In this document: positions 47,604 through 57,968 of the stretch, one piece after another
Numbering within the stretch: the stretch's first letter is position 1
How the letters are laid out: each line of letters opens with the position of its first letter
DNA from: Oceanispirochaeta sp.
GTDB taxonomy: Bacteria > Spirochaetota > Spirochaetia > DSM-2461
Length of the DNA: 64,000 bases
Assembly (NCBI GenBank): GCA_963666275.2
Contig: CAXXOA010000001.1
Location: 1,728,001-1,792,000, forward strand
Direction: 5' to 3'
Translations under genes and position numbers: made by a program
Notes under the pieces: model-generated
Database searches by the model: none
What the model was told of the DNA's origin: nothing
What the model saw: only the letters and a program-made list of their open reading frames with translations

Positions 47604-48236
47604 ATGGGAATGCAGAAGAGAAGTAAGCCCTGTGAATTCCGGACGGAACAGCAGGAAGAGGGAAAACAGCGGGCTGATGGCGTTGCTATTTTGTATGAAG
47701 AGACAACCGTCCTGTATGAGGATGATTCTATCCGGTATGAAGAGGTTATTACCAGGGGTGCCGCAGAAGAAAGTCTGAAGAAAGATGATGTCCGGGCAGT
47801 CTGGAATCATAACTATGACATTGTCCTGGGCAGGAGTTCCGCGGGTACCCTCAGTCTGGAGGAGAAAGAGGACGGTGTTCATGTGGGAATCGACTTTCCC
47901 GACTCACAGGAAGGCCGGGATAAATATGAATCGGTCAGCCGGGGTGATGTGAACCAGATGTCCTTCGGTTTTGACATTCTGAAAGAGGATGTTTCTGATG
48001 ACCGGAGCGGAGAGAAAAGGATCATTCGGAGCCGGGTGGACAAGATCAAACTGTGGGAAGTTTCTCCGGTAACCTTTCCGGCTTATGAGAATACGTCAAT
48101 TAATGCCAGAGACAGGGTTTCCACTCTCAGAGAAAAGGCAGCGGCCTTGTCCCCAGCGGGGGAGAATGAAAGTGAAGTCCGGTCCAGGGAAATAGAAATC
48201 ATGAAGATGAGGAGTGAACAGTCATGGAAGAACTGA
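47604..48236 (+). CDS. HK97-family prohead protease
   Basis: WNHN...VLGR, MSFGF, LWEVSPVTFPAY. Confidence 0.93.
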   Translation: MGMQKRSKPCEFRTEQQEEGKQRADGVAILYEETTVLYEDDSIRYEEVITRGAAEESLKKDDVRAVWNHNYDIVLGRSSAGTLSLEEKEDGVHVGIDFPDSQEGRDKYESVSRGDVNQMSFGFDILKEDVSDDRSGEKRIIRSRVDKIKLWEVSPVTFPAYENTSINARDRVSTLREKAAALSPAGENESEVRSREIEIMKMRSEQSWKN

Positions 48237-49453
48237 TCAGGGAGATGGAAGAGTGTCTGGCCACCATGGAGCGGATAAACGGTCTGGTAGCCAAGGAAAA
48301 AAGAGGATATAAGGACGATGAAGAAGCCGAGTATTCCCGTTGCAAGAAACGGTACGGTGAGATTCAGGAACAGCTGAAAGAGAGGGACTACCTGAATCAG
48401 CAGGGCGAGCTTCGGGGCGCTCTCGGCGGGCAGACTGATGAAGGAGCCCAGGGAGGAGAAGAGAGATCTTTCGACTCCATCGGTGATGTTGTTTCTGCTA
48501 TCTATTCCGCAAGGTCACAGCGTGGTTTTATTCACGAGAAGAGGGATCTGTTGGTGTCAGATGGTCCTTCCGGAGCTTATCTGGTTCCGGATAAACAGCT
48601 GACAGATATTCTGAATGTGAAATCGGACATATCTATTGTCAGGCCTTTGGCTCTTGCTATTCCCGGGGATCCTGCCTATCCCGATCAGAAGATTACTATG
48701 CCCGCACTTAAAACCGGAGCTCTGGGAGAGTTCGGCGGATGGGCATTTGAAAGTCTTGCTGATGGCGTGGCTCCCTCAGCTGATAATGATCTGGATTTTG
48801 ATCAGATCGAACTGTCTCCGTTTGAGCAGGTAGGTACCATCAAGGTATCTGAAAAGCTTATGAGAAACACCAAGGGCTTGGATGCTTTCCTGAGAAAAAC
48901 CATTGGTGATGCCAAGAGCGCTATTGAGGACTATCAGTTCTTCAATGGTGCCGGGACTGCCGGTCCTACGGGTATTCTTAATTCTTCGGCTCTGCTGAAA
49001 TTGACCAGAGCCACCGTCGGTGTGATCGGGTTTGCGGATGTTAAGAACATTATCGCCCGGCAGCTGGACCTGAATAAAGCGGTATTTTCCATTACCAGAT
49101 CGGCTATGCCTCAGATTATGAGCCTTGCTGATGACAACGGAAATGCCATTTTTATTGCTGGAGATGCCACAAAGGGCATTTCTGACCGCCTGATGGGATT
49201 CCCCATTAAGTGGAGTACCCATACTCCCGGTGTCGGTGCCCCCGGAGACATTCTGATGAATAACTTCGGTTATTACCTGATTGGTGACGGAACCAGCTTC
49301 CGGATCGATGTGGGGTACTCCGGAGATGACTTTAAAAAGCGGATGGTTACCATGAGAGCCCTCTGGGATGTGGATGGTAAGTCCTGGGTTCTGGCTCCTG
49401 TACAGAGGATGGATGGCATTACTTATGCTCCGTTTGTCGGGCTCCTGGCGTAA
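48224..49453 (+). CDS. HK97-family major capsid protein
   Basis: N-terminal coiled-coil delta domain, GAYLVP, FFNGAG..GPTGIL, LMGFPI. Confidence 0.92.
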   Translation: MEELIREMEECLATMERINGLVAKEKRGYKDDEEAEYSRCKKRYGEIQEQLKERDYLNQQGELRGALGGQTDEGAQGGEERSFDSIGDVVSAIYSARSQRGFIHEKRDLLVSDGPSGAYLVPDKQLTDILNVKSDISIVRPLALAIPGDPAYPDQKITMPALKTGALGEFGGWAFESLADGVAPSADNDLDFDQIELSPFEQVGTIKVSEKLMRNTKGLDAFLRKTIGDAKSAIEDYQFFNGAGTAGPTGILNSSALLKLTRATVGVIGFADVKNIIARQLDLNKAVFSITRSAMPQIMSLADDNGNAIFIAGDATKGISDRLMGFPIKWSTHTPGVGAPGDILMNNFGYYLIGDGTSFRIDVGYSGDDFKKRMVTMRALWDVDGKSWVLAPVQRMDGITYAPFVGLLA

Positions 49454-49465
49454 GGAAGGTTTTGA

Positions 49466-49777
49466 ATGAAGATAATTATTGATTCTGAAAATATGCGGTT
49501 GAACTATGAGCCCCTTGAAAAGGGCAAAGAGTACGATGTGGATCCCCAGATTGCAAAAATCTGGATTGATACCAAAAGAGCGCACCCTGCAGGGGGCAGT
49601 TCTACAGGTGACAGCGGGGATACTGAAAAAGCCTCCGGTGATGATGCAGGTGATAGTTGTAATGCCGGAGAAGAAACTGACGGAGAAGTTGGTGACGGCG
49701 GAGTAACTCTGGGCAAACCTTCTGGCAAGCCTGCTCCCCAGACTACAGCCAATAAAAAGGCGAAGGAAGAAAAGTAA
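49466..49777 (+). CDS. hypothetical virion-associated protein
   Basis: Follows the capsid gene; low-complexity C-terminus. Confidence 0.65.
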   Translation: MKIIIDSENMRLNYEPLEKGKEYDVDPQIAKIWIDTKRAHPAGGSSTGDSGDTEKASGDDAGDSCNAGEETDGEVGDGGVTLGKPSGKPAPQTTANKKAKEEK

Positions 49778-49780
49778 TTT

Positions 49781-50347
49781 ATGGCGGTAGGGGATTTGAT
49801 CACCTGGGCAGAGGTTAAAAGCTTGCTTTCAATTGAGGACGAATACCAGAATGTAACCGAATTCATTATCAGTTCCGCTTCTCTGCAGGCGAAAAGGGTA
49901 ATGGGACGGAATATCCTTCTGCAGACTCTGACAGAACAGCGGCGTGGAACCGGTCAGCAGTCCTTCCTTTTAAAAGAGTACCCGATTAAATCCGTTACCG
50001 CTATTTATATTGATCTGACCTTTCAGTTCGGAGAAGACACAAAACTGGAATTGAACGAATACTGGCTGGATTCTGATCTGGGAGAGATAGAGCTTTTCTG
50101 GAGAGCTTTTCCCGTTCCGTCCTGCGGCAGGACTGTAAAGATTGAGTATCAAGCCGGATACGATGAAGTACCGGTGGATATTAAGCAGGCTATTCTGGAA
50201 ACGGTGAAATGGAACTTCAACCGAATTCTCTATGACGGTGTAGGTGTGAAGAATGAGAAAGTAGACGGGGTCAGTACGTCATTTGAAGTGCGGATCCCGA
50301 CTAATGCCAGGGAGATCTTTGAGGGTTACCGGAGGCCTCGTGTATGA
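49781..50347 (+). CDS. head-tail connector protein
   Basis: LITWAEVKSLL, YQAGY..VP.DIKQAIL. Confidence 0.82.
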   Translation: MAVGDLITWAEVKSLLSIEDEYQNVTEFIISSASLQAKRVMGRNILLQTLTEQRRGTGQQSFLLKEYPIKSVTAIYIDLTFQFGEDTKLELNEYWLDSDLGEIELFWRAFPVPSCGRTVKIEYQAGYDEVPVDIKQAILETVKWNFNRILYDGVGVKNEKVDGVSTSFEVRIPTNAREIFEGYRRPRV

Positions 50348-50853
50348 GTGATAAGGGTGTGAAAATCATTGATCACGGCTGGAATAAGTATAAAAAGCAG
50401 ATGAAAGCTCTCAATGGTTCATCCATCAGGTTCGGTTTTTTCGGTGGTAGTAATACAGGTTTTGCAAAAATTGCCTATACCCATGAAATGGGAGGAGTCA
50501 GACAGACAACACAAAAACAAAGATGGTATCTGCGTTCAAAAGGGATGGATGCGGGGAATGAAATTATTATTCCTGAAAGGTCCTATATCCGTTCATCCTT
50601 TGATGAGAACAAAGAAAGAATTCTCGGATGGATGGAAGATGCCTTTAAAAGAATCGGTGATGGAGGAGATAAAAAGTCAGTACTGAAATCTCTTGCTAAA
50701 AAATGCAAGGGAGTAATCGTTGAAAAACTGGAGTCAGGTGATTTTGTAGAGAATGATCCCTTTACAAGGGAGCAGAAAGGATATGGGAAAAAGCCTCTGG
50801 AAGATAAAGGGGCTTTAAAAGAGGCCATTGATTTTGTGGTTGATGCAGAATGA
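50344..50853 (+). CDS. neck/virion morphogenesis protein
   Basis: IAYTHEMG, IPERSYIRSSFD, KPLEDKGAL. Confidence 0.72.
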   Translation: MSDKGVKIIDHGWNKYKKQMKALNGSSIRFGFFGGSNTGFAKIAYTHEMGGVRQTTQKQRWYLRSKGMDAGNEIIIPERSYIRSSFDENKERILGWMEDAFKRIGDGGDKKSVLKSLAKKCKGVIVEKLESGDFVENDPFTREQKGYGKKPLEDKGALKEAIDFVVDAE

Positions 50854-51200
50854 TGTTGATGAAAGAGAAAGTTATGGTGACCAGGAAAGCAGGACACTGG
50901 GAGGGAAATACCTGGGTTGATGATCCTATTGATCCATTTCCCATAAGAGCGACAGTTTTGCCTTTGCCTGGTGATAGTACCGGATCCGGAGAAGATGGGA
51001 GACGGCGGAATTCTGTGATATCGGTGACAACGAAGAAAGCTCTTTATGCGGTATCTTCAGATCGGAATGCTGATCTCCTTGAATGGAACGGAGAACAGTA
51101 TGAAGTGAAGAGCGTAAAGCCCCTGGGGACGGGAACAAGGCTGGCCCACTACAAGGCAACCGCAGAATCACTGGAGGATCATATCGATGCTCCTCTCTGA
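50850..51200 (+). CDS. head closure protein
   Basis: ADLLEWNGEQYEV...HYKA; position in the neck cluster. Confidence 0.62.
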   Translation: MMLMKEKVMVTRKAGHWEGNTWVDDPIDPFPIRATVLPLPGDSTGSGEDGRRRNSVISVTTKKALYAVSSDRNADLLEWNGEQYEVKSVKPLGTGTRLAHYKATAESLEDHIDAPL

Positions 51201-51666
51201 TCTGAAGGAAGTAATGGAAAACTGGGTATCCGGGCAGTTTGCGGGGAAGGTAGTCTGGGCTAAAAGTGATGCCCCAATACCTCCCAGACCATTTATTCTA
51301 CTGGATCTCAAAAATCCTGTGCCGGTTAACAAACCCTACCAGGGGGCGGCGGATAATCTGGGGAAAATATCCCGTTATACGACACAACAATTCAGTGTAA
51401 CTATTAGCTGTTATGGAGAGGGTGCAAATCAAAGCCTTTTCAATTTGAGAGAAAGTCTTGATCTGCTTTCTGTTCAGAGTCTTTTCCGGGATTCCGGAGT
51501 GTCCTATTTAAAGGATCAGATGGATCTTCAGGACAGTACGGCAATGACGGGAACACGGTATGAGGAACGGGCGGTTTATGAACCGGCTTTTATATATGAA
51601 TCGGTCCAGTCTGAAGAGGTTGGATTTATTGAAGAAGTAAATATTGAGGGGGATATCCATGGGTGA
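51187..51666 (+). CDS. tail completion/terminator protein
   Basis: Directly upstream of the sheath; PPRPFI, YEERA. Confidence 0.62.
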   Translation: MLLSDLKEVMENWVSGQFAGKVVWAKSDAPIPPRPFILLDLKNPVPVNKPYQGAADNLGKISRYTTQQFSVTISCYGEGANQSLFNLRESLDLLSVQSLFRDSGVSYLKDQMDLQDSTAMTGTRYEERAVYEPAFIYESVQSEEVGFIEEVNIEGDIHG

Positions 51667-52729
51667 TGCGGATAGGATAGTTGATCTGTCGATTAGCCGT
51701 GCCACGGCTGTCGTTAGTCAGGCAGGGTTCGGTATCATTGCCGTATTTGATGAATTTGCATCGGACAAAACGACTGTGGCTTTTTCGGAAAGGGTACGGT
51801 ATTACGGGGGAGCGGATGAAATGACCGCCGACGGTTGGAGGTCTGATGACCCTGCCATGATGGCGGCCAGTGTGATTTTTATGCAGAATCCGTCACCGGC
51901 TGAGATTGTGGTCTGCCGGAAGGATGCTGCCGAAACCTGGGTGGAAGCGGCAGCGGCTGCCAAGCTGGAAAATGATGACTGGTACGGCATGATTTTTACA
52001 AGCCGTCTGCAGGCGGATCAGGAAGCTATGGCGGCCTGGGCGGAAGCAAACGGGAAGATTCTCGGTCTTTCTTCCTCCGATGCCAATGTGAAGGATGCCG
52101 GGATTTCGACTGACATAGCCAGCCATTTAAAGACAAACAATTATGACAGGTCTTTTGTGATCTATCATCCCGACGCTGGCGGGGATGATGAACCTTTTGC
52201 GGATGCCGCCTGGATGGCTAACCGCTTTCCCTATACACCCGGGAAAACAACCTGGAAGTTCTGCACTCTGAGTGGTGTCCCTGTGTACTCGCTCACTACC
52301 GGTGAAGTGAATGCTGTTCTGGGGAAAAACGCGAATATCTATACATCTGTTAAAGGTCTATTCATAACCGAAGAGGGGACCGTCGGTAGCGGCGAGTATA
52401 TCGATGTTATCCGGGGGATTGATTGGCTCTATGCCAGGATGCAGGAGAACATCTTCCAGCTGAAAAAAACAGCGACTGACAGAGGAGAAAAGGTCTCGTT
52501 TGAAGACTCCGGTATCAGTCAGATCGACAGCGTTATGAAAGAGACTCTGGATACAGGCGTGGATAATGGCCTTCTGGCGGCGGATCCGGCACCTATTACA
52601 TCTGTTCCTCTGGCGGCGGAGGTTTCAACTGTTGATAAAGGGAATCGCACTCTGAGCAACGCTACATTTGAAGCGTACCTGGCAGGGGCTATTCATATAT
52701 CGAAAATCAGAGGCGTTGTAACGCTGTAG
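51659..52729 (+). CDS. contractile tail sheath (DUF3383-like)
   Basis: QAGFG, PGKTTWKF.TLSGV, GEYIDVIRGIDWL, LAGAIH. Confidence 0.88.
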   Translation: MGDADRIVDLSISRATAVVSQAGFGIIAVFDEFASDKTTVAFSERVRYYGGADEMTADGWRSDDPAMMAASVIFMQNPSPAEIVVCRKDAAETWVEAAAAAKLENDDWYGMIFTSRLQADQEAMAAWAEANGKILGLSSSDANVKDAGISTDIASHLKTNNYDRSFVIYHPDAGGDDEPFADAAWMANRFPYTPGKTTWKFCTLSGVPVYSLTTGEVNAVLGKNANIYTSVKGLFITEEGTVGSGEYIDVIRGIDWLYARMQENIFQLKKTATDRGEKVSFEDSGISQIDSVMKETLDTGVDNGLLAADPAPITSVPLAAEVSTVDKGNRTLSNATFEAYLAGAIHISKIRGVVTL

Positions 52730-52739
52730 GAGGTTATCC

Positions 52740-53162
52740 ATGGATTATGATCCTAAAAAAGTTGTAGTGACGTTCTGCGGTGTTCCCATAACAGGTTATG
52801 CCAATGGTTCTTTTATCAAGATTGAACCGGCAGAAGACGGATTCAAGAAGCATGTGGGAGCAGATGGGGAGGTTTCCCGTTCCAAGGTGAATGATGAAAC
52901 CTGCAATGTCACCCTTACTCTTTCACAAACCAGTAAATCCAATGGCACCTTGTCGGGGCAGTATCAGCTGGATAGAAAATCCGGAAAAGGAAAAGGCCCA
53001 TTGCTTATTAAGGATTTGCTGGGAGCTACCGTTCTTTTTGCAAAGGTGGCCTGGATTAGGAAACAGGCCAGCGTGGATTTCGGTGATGAGATTAACAGCA
53101 AGGAATGGTTATTTGATACCGGCAAAGCGTCGTTTGTAAACGGCGGTAATGAACTGCAATAG
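52740..53162 (+). CDS. tail tube protein (DUF3277-like)
   Basis: YDPKKV...ITGY...VGADGEVSR...LSQTS.SN. Confidence 0.85.
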   Translation: MDYDPKKVVVTFCGVPITGYANGSFIKIEPAEDGFKKHVGADGEVSRSKVNDETCNVTLTLSQTSKSNGTLSGQYQLDRKSGKGKGPLLIKDLLGATVLFAKVAWIRKQASVDFGDEINSKEWLFDTGKASFVNGGNELQ

Positions 53163-53168
53163 GACTGA

Positions 53169-53666
53169 TTGATGAAAGCGCAAAAGAAAAGAATAGACGG
53201 CTATGTATATAAGGTCACTCCATTCACGGGTAGGTCTTCTTTCCGGATCCAGATGAAGCTGGCCAGGCTTCTCTCTCCATCCCTGGGCTTGCTGGCTGGA
53301 ATGTTTTCCGGTGGGAAAAAAGCTATTAAAGAACTGGCGAAGAATCCGGACAACAAGGATCTCCAGATGAAGAGTCTGCTTGATCTGGATTTGGATGGGG
53401 AACTGATTGGGAAGGCTTTCAGCGGCCTTTTTAATCAATGCTCAGAGGATGAACTCCTTGATCTCTTGTTGATGATTCTGGAAAAGACTGAACGGGGGGA
53501 TGAAGGAAATGAAGTTTTCATCACTGAAGAATCTTTTGATGCTTTCTTTGCACAGAATCTTCTCAGTGCTTTCAAGGTTGCTGTCTTTGTTATTCAGGTG
53601 AATTATCCTGATTTTTTCGCACTGGCGGCTCTTACTGGAAGCGAAACGGATCAAACCGATGGTTAA
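53169..53666 (+). CDS. tail assembly chaperone (G); -1 frameshift product extends to 53887
   Basis: Between tube and tape measure; slippery T TTT TTC at 53612-53618. Confidence 0.8.
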   Translation: MMKAQKKRIDGYVYKVTPFTGRSSFRIQMKLARLLSPSLGLLAGMFSGGKKAIKELAKNPDNKDLQMKSLLDLDLDGELIGKAFSGLFNQCSEDELLDLLLMILEKTERGDEGNEVFITEESFDAFFAQNLLSAFKVAVFVIQVNYPDFFALAALTGSETDQTDG

Positions 53667-53883
53667 GGGCCGCTGTTGAAAAGAATCCAAATCTGGGAGA
53701 TGTAGGAAATCTTTCAGATGAAATGAGAGAAGAATGGCCGGTCTGGCGGATTGTCCTGGAAGGACGGTCACTGCATGAAGTGGATTCGTGGAGTTATGTG
53801 GATATCCTGAAATTCAATGACCTTATGGATATGAGGCAGGATTATGAATCGGCAATGAATGCCTGGCAGAACAGGGACTTGGA

Positions 53884-55605
53884 ATGACATTAAGAGAGCT
53901 GATTAACAAGATTAGTTTCCAGGTGGATGAAAAGGGCTTTGAGAAAGCTGAAAAGAAGTTCACCTCTTTGGCAAATAAAGCAAAGTTTGTCTCAGCTGCT
54001 GCTGCGGGAATTGCCTTCGGTATGGTCCGGGGAGCTGCAAAGATTGAATCTATGACAGCCCAGTGGGAAACCTTTCTCGGTTCACATGAAAAAGCAAGAG
54101 CCATGCTGAAGGATATTCAGTCATTTTCTGCATCCACGCCCTTCCAGCTTGAGGACTTGAATGAAGGATCCCAGCGGCTTAAAGCCTTTGGAGTGGAAAC
54201 GGAAAATATCATCGGGACCATGAGAATGCTCGGAGATACTGCCGGTGGTAATGCGATGAAGCTGGACTCCCTTACCCGTGCCTATGGAAAAACAACGGCA
54301 AAGGGTAAAGCTTCCATGGAAGAGCTGAACATGATGATTGATGCGGGAGTTCCGATACTAGGAACTCTGGCAGGTATGTATGGTAAATCTGAGGAACAGA
54401 TAATCAAAATGGCTTCCCAGGGGGCTATTTCTGCCGACATAATCACATCTGCCTTTCAGAAAATGACTTCTGAAGGCGGCCAGTTTTACAAGGGAATGGA
54501 GCGTCAGAGTCAGACTCTGGAAGGAAGGCTGTCCACGATGAAGGATAATTTCTTTCTGTTCGGGGCCAGTATTGGAGAAACCCTTCTTCCGGTAGTCGGA
54601 AAAATTGCTGATAAAACAACCGCCCTGGTTCAGTCTTTTTCAAATATGAATGAAACAGCCAGAAAGGCCATAGTTTTCTTTACATTATTGACAGCCGGGA
54701 TTGCCCCGATGCTGTTGATTATCGGTAAGGTGATCAGTCTTGCCGGGAAAGCTGTTGCTGTTGCCAAAATGCTGAAATCTGCTGTGATTGCCGTGAATGT
54801 CGCTTTATCAGCCAATCCTATTATTTTGATCATTGCTGGCGTTTTGGCTCTTATTGCCGTATTCGTGTTGCTGTTACGGAATTTCGATAAGGTAAAGGCG
54901 AAAGCGCAGGAGTTCTGGCAGAATGTTGTCCGGCTTTTTGAGATGGGGAAAGAGCTGGCCGGTCTGGCTTTTCAGGTTCTGATCAAACAAATGATGCTCT
55001 GGTTTCTTATGTTCTGGAACTGGTTTTCAGAAAAGTTTCCCGGTCTTTCTGCCGCCGTCGAAATGACTTTTTCCTATATCAGGGAACTGGTCTCTAGTAT
55101 CGTCGGTTTTTGGAAAAATATTTTCCAGGGATTGTTTGCCATTTTCAGGGGTGATATTGACGGATTCAAGGACCATTTTTCCCAGGCGTTCGGTTTCATT
55201 AAGGATTATTTTGCAACAATTGTCTCTGCTATGGGCGGTTATATTGATCTTCTCTGGGGCTGGCTGCAGCCTATCTATGACTTTATGACAGGAATATTTT
55301 CAAAAGGCATAGAGAAAATCCAGGGCGGTATTCAGAAAGTCGGAAATTTCCTTGGATTAGGTGAAGGTGGAGCCTCTGCAGAGCCTGCGGCTCATTCTTA
55401 CTCATCAGTTGTTCGGCCTGGAGTAACAAATAATAACAGCCGTTCTGTCAGTGTCCAGTCATCCATCTCTCTGGCCGTCCCTGAAGGAACCCCGCAGTTT
55501 CAGCAGCAGTCTATCCGGGAGAGTGCCGAGAGAGCAGTTCAAGCTGCTTGGGATCGCCAGTTGAAAGGGGTTATGGCAAATGCTGCAGGCGGGGAGGTTC
55601 GTTGA
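53884..55605 (+). CDS. tape measure protein
   Basis: TPFQLEDL, EELNMM..AGVPI..LA, TLEGRLSTMKDN, hydrophobic central part. Confidence 0.92.
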   Translation: MTLRELINKISFQVDEKGFEKAEKKFTSLANKAKFVSAAAAGIAFGMVRGAAKIESMTAQWETFLGSHEKARAMLKDIQSFSASTPFQLEDLNEGSQRLKAFGVETENIIGTMRMLGDTAGGNAMKLDSLTRAYGKTTAKGKASMEELNMMIDAGVPILGTLAGMYGKSEEQIIKMASQGAISADIITSAFQKMTSEGGQFYKGMERQSQTLEGRLSTMKDNFFLFGASIGETLLPVVGKIADKTTALVQSFSNMNETARKAIVFFTLLTAGIAPMLLIIGKVISLAGKAVAVAKMLKSAVIAVNVALSANPIILIIAGVLALIAVFVLLLRNFDKVKAKAQEFWQNVVRLFEMGKELAGLAFQVLIKQMMLWFLMFWNWFSEKFPGLSAAVEMTFSYIRELVSSIVGFWKNIFQGLFAIFRGDIDGFKDHFSQAFGFIKDYFATIVSAMGGYIDLLWGWLQPIYDFMTGIFSKGIEKIQGGIQKVGNFLGLGEGGASAEPAAHSYSSVVRPGVTNNNSRSVSVQSSISLAVPEGTPQFQQQSIRESAERAVQAAWDRQLKGVMANAAGGEVR

Positions 55606-56222
55606 TGGATGAAGAGGCAGCCACTCTTTACTTCAATACGGATAGAGAGTATCTGATTGGGGATCTCAACCTGGATCTCATCCTGTCAGAAGAAGAGCAG
55701 TTGAGCGGCAGGGCTACATCTAATCCGGTAGAAGAAGGGTATGACGTTTCCGATTCGATTGAAACGGATCCGACCGTTTTGAAGCTGAGCGGGTTCATTA
55801 CGAATGCCCCGGTTAAAGATGTGGATGGTTCCCTGGCGACCAGGTACCAGGATGCTGTAAGAACTCTGAAAGAGATCCGGATGAACAAGCTGCCGGTGAC
55901 AATTGTGGCTACTCAGGATGTCTATGAAAACATGGCTATTGAGCAACTGACGATTCCCCGGAATGCGGATCTGGGAGAGTCGGTAGAGTTTAGTTTAACC
56001 CTGAAGCAGATTTCCATTGTGAATTCTCAGTCCGCTGTGATCCCTGTTGCGGTCCTGGATGATAGGCAAGCGCAAGTCGATGCGGATATGGGGCAAACCA
56101 CAGATAACACGGCAGAAGCCCTGGGAGATGAAGAGGAGCAGAAAAGCTGGTTTGAAAAAACCAAAGAGAACCTGGAAGAACAGAATCAAACCCTGGATGA
56201 GAGGTTAGCCCAGTATGGTTAG
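55605..56222 (+). CDS. baseplate/tail tube initiator protein
   Basis: TSNPVEEG..VSD, YENMAI; follows the tape measure. Confidence 0.72.
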   Translation: MDEEAATLYFNTDREYLIGDLNLDLILSEEEQLSGRATSNPVEEGYDVSDSIETDPTVLKLSGFITNAPVKDVDGSLATRYQDAVRTLKEIRMNKLPVTIVATQDVYENMAIEQLTIPRNADLGESVEFSLTLKQISIVNSQSAVIPVAVLDDRQAQVDADMGQTTDNTAEALGDEEEQKSWFEKTKENLEEQNQTLDERLAQYG

Positions 56223-56547
56223 TATCCCTTTGTTCCCGGAAGTGTCTTCCGGATTTGTTCAGAAGATCGAACTGGGCGGAGTTTTCTATCTCATCCGGAT
56301 CCGATGGAACAGCCGAACAGAGAGCTGGTTTCTCCATGTATTCGATGCTGACGGGAATCCTTTGGTTACAGGGAAGCGGCTTGTTCCGAATTATCCCTTA
56401 ATGGAAATCCATACGGATAAATTTTCCGGAGAACTGATGGTGATTGATAAACAGAATGATCTGACAAATGCGGTCATAACATATGAGAACCTGGGGAGAC
56501 GGTTCCTGCTGGTATATCTCTCAAAGGAGGAAGCCGATGGCCTTTAA
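56215..56547 (+). CDS. baseplate plug-like protein
   Basis: IELGG...RWNSR..SW...G.RLV. Confidence 0.68.
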   Translation: MVSIPLFPEVSSGFVQKIELGGVFYLIRIRWNSRTESWFLHVFDADGNPLVTGKRLVPNYPLMEIHTDKFSGELMVIDKQNDLTNAVITYENLGRRFLLVYLSKEEADGL

Positions 56548-57364
56548 ACGGATTGTAATTTGTCAAATCGGATCCCCTGGTGAGATAGGTGTTCAGATTT
56601 CAGATTTGAAAATCAAGTTTGAGGTTAAGAAAAGTGATAAAGAGAGCCTCAATGAAGCGTTAGTGACTATCTATAACCTGTCTGATCACACAATAGGTAT
56701 GATTTCCGGGAAAGGGAAATCCATGGTTCTCCGTGCAGGGTATGAGGATGAGGGTGTGAAAGGGTTATTTTTCGGTACTGTAAAAGATGTCAGTACGAAA
56801 AATGCTGCACCTGATCGGGAAACGGTTATTACTGCCTATGACGGCTATAAAAACGGGAAAGAGCGGGTTATTTCCGTTTCCTATAAACAGGGAACAAGTC
56901 GGAAGGCAGTATTCCAGGATCTGATTCAGGCTCTTGGATTGCCGGTAATAGGAGCAGATCTGATAACCGGATCCTTTTCAAATGGGTTTTCCTACATTGG
57001 GAAAGTTACAGGAGCCCTGGAGAAGGTTGTAAAAGCTGTGGGAGGTTTGGGATGGTCAATCCAGAATGAATCCTATGTGATTTTCAAACAGGGAGAGCCT
57101 GCCAGTGTATCAGGTTTGTATCTCTCACCTCAAACCGGCCTGATCGGATCCCCCGAGGATATTTCCGAAGAATCCGAGGAGGGGGGTGAAGTTCAGAAAC
57201 GGTACAGGGTCACTTCGCTTTTATTTCCGGAGATTCTGCCCAGGAGCAGGGTGGAGGTTTCATCCAAGAAATTGAACGGCTATTTCAAAGTTGAATCGGT
57301 GATTTTTTCCGGGTGCAATATATCTGAGAAATTTCAGGCTGTTGCGGAGGTGAGTCCTGTATGA
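56537..57364 (+). CDS. baseplate hub protein
   Basis: IYNLS, LRAGY, WSIQN, TGLIGSP. Confidence 0.75.
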   Translation: MAFKRIVICQIGSPGEIGVQISDLKIKFEVKKSDKESLNEALVTIYNLSDHTIGMISGKGKSMVLRAGYEDEGVKGLFFGTVKDVSTKNAAPDRETVITAYDGYKNGKERVISVSYKQGTSRKAVFQDLIQALGLPVIGADLITGSFSNGFSYIGKVTGALEKVVKAVGGLGWSIQNESYVIFKQGEPASVSGLYLSPQTGLIGSPEDISEESEEGGEVQKRYRVTSLLFPEILPRSRVEVSSKKLNGYFKVESVIFSGCNISEKFQAVAEVSPV

Positions 57365-57960
57365 ATGAAAATCTTTATGATGTTCTGAAAGATTCTATCG
57401 GGGCTTTTCTCGAAGATCTACACACGGCGATGCCCGGTATCGTCGAATCCTACGATCCCGGTACAAGGACGGCATCGATTGTCCCGGCTATGAAAAAGAA
57501 ATTTAAAACAGGGCAGGAACTAGCCATGCCGGTTATCCATGGGGTACCCGTGGAGTTCTCCGCTTCAAAGAATGCCTCAGTAAGTTTTCCCCTGGAGAAA
57601 GGGGATGAAGGGCTGCTGATCTTTTCAGAGAGATCGATAGATCAATGGATGGAAAGCGGCCAGGCCGAGGCTCCGGAAGACACTCGGCGGTTTTCCCTGG
57701 ATGATGCATATTTTTCTCCTGGTTTTTTTTCCAGAAAGAACACAAGGCCGGGAGCATCTGCAGGTTTGGTTGCAGAGTATAAGAAAACCAAACTGGAGAT
57801 ACTGGATTCAAAAATAGTTATGGGTTTCGGTCTGGTTACCAGTATTACATTTTCAGAGGCCGGAATGGAGATTGTATCAGCTTCCGGGAAGTATTCAGCA
57901 TTGACCCATTTACATAACGATGCGGAACAGAGGCCGACAACGCCTCCTCTGCCGGTATAG
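57361..57960 (+). CDS. baseplate spike (Gp138-like)
   Basis: HTAMPGIV, PLEKGDEGLLIFSERSID.W, C-terminal H-x-H. Confidence 0.82.
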   Translation: MNENLYDVLKDSIGAFLEDLHTAMPGIVESYDPGTRTASIVPAMKKKFKTGQELAMPVIHGVPVEFSASKNASVSFPLEKGDEGLLIFSERSIDQWMESGQAEAPEDTRRFSLDDAYFSPGFFSRKNTRPGASAGLVAEYKKTKLEILDSKIVMGFGLVTSITFSEAGMEIVSASGKYSALTHLHNDAEQRPTTPPLPV

Positions 57961-57968
57961 AGGTTGTT

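Noticed and set aside
46308..47882. 524-aa minus-strand ORF
   Set aside because: Antisense to portal and protease, no recognisable motifs; same for 48776-49585 and 25534-26373.
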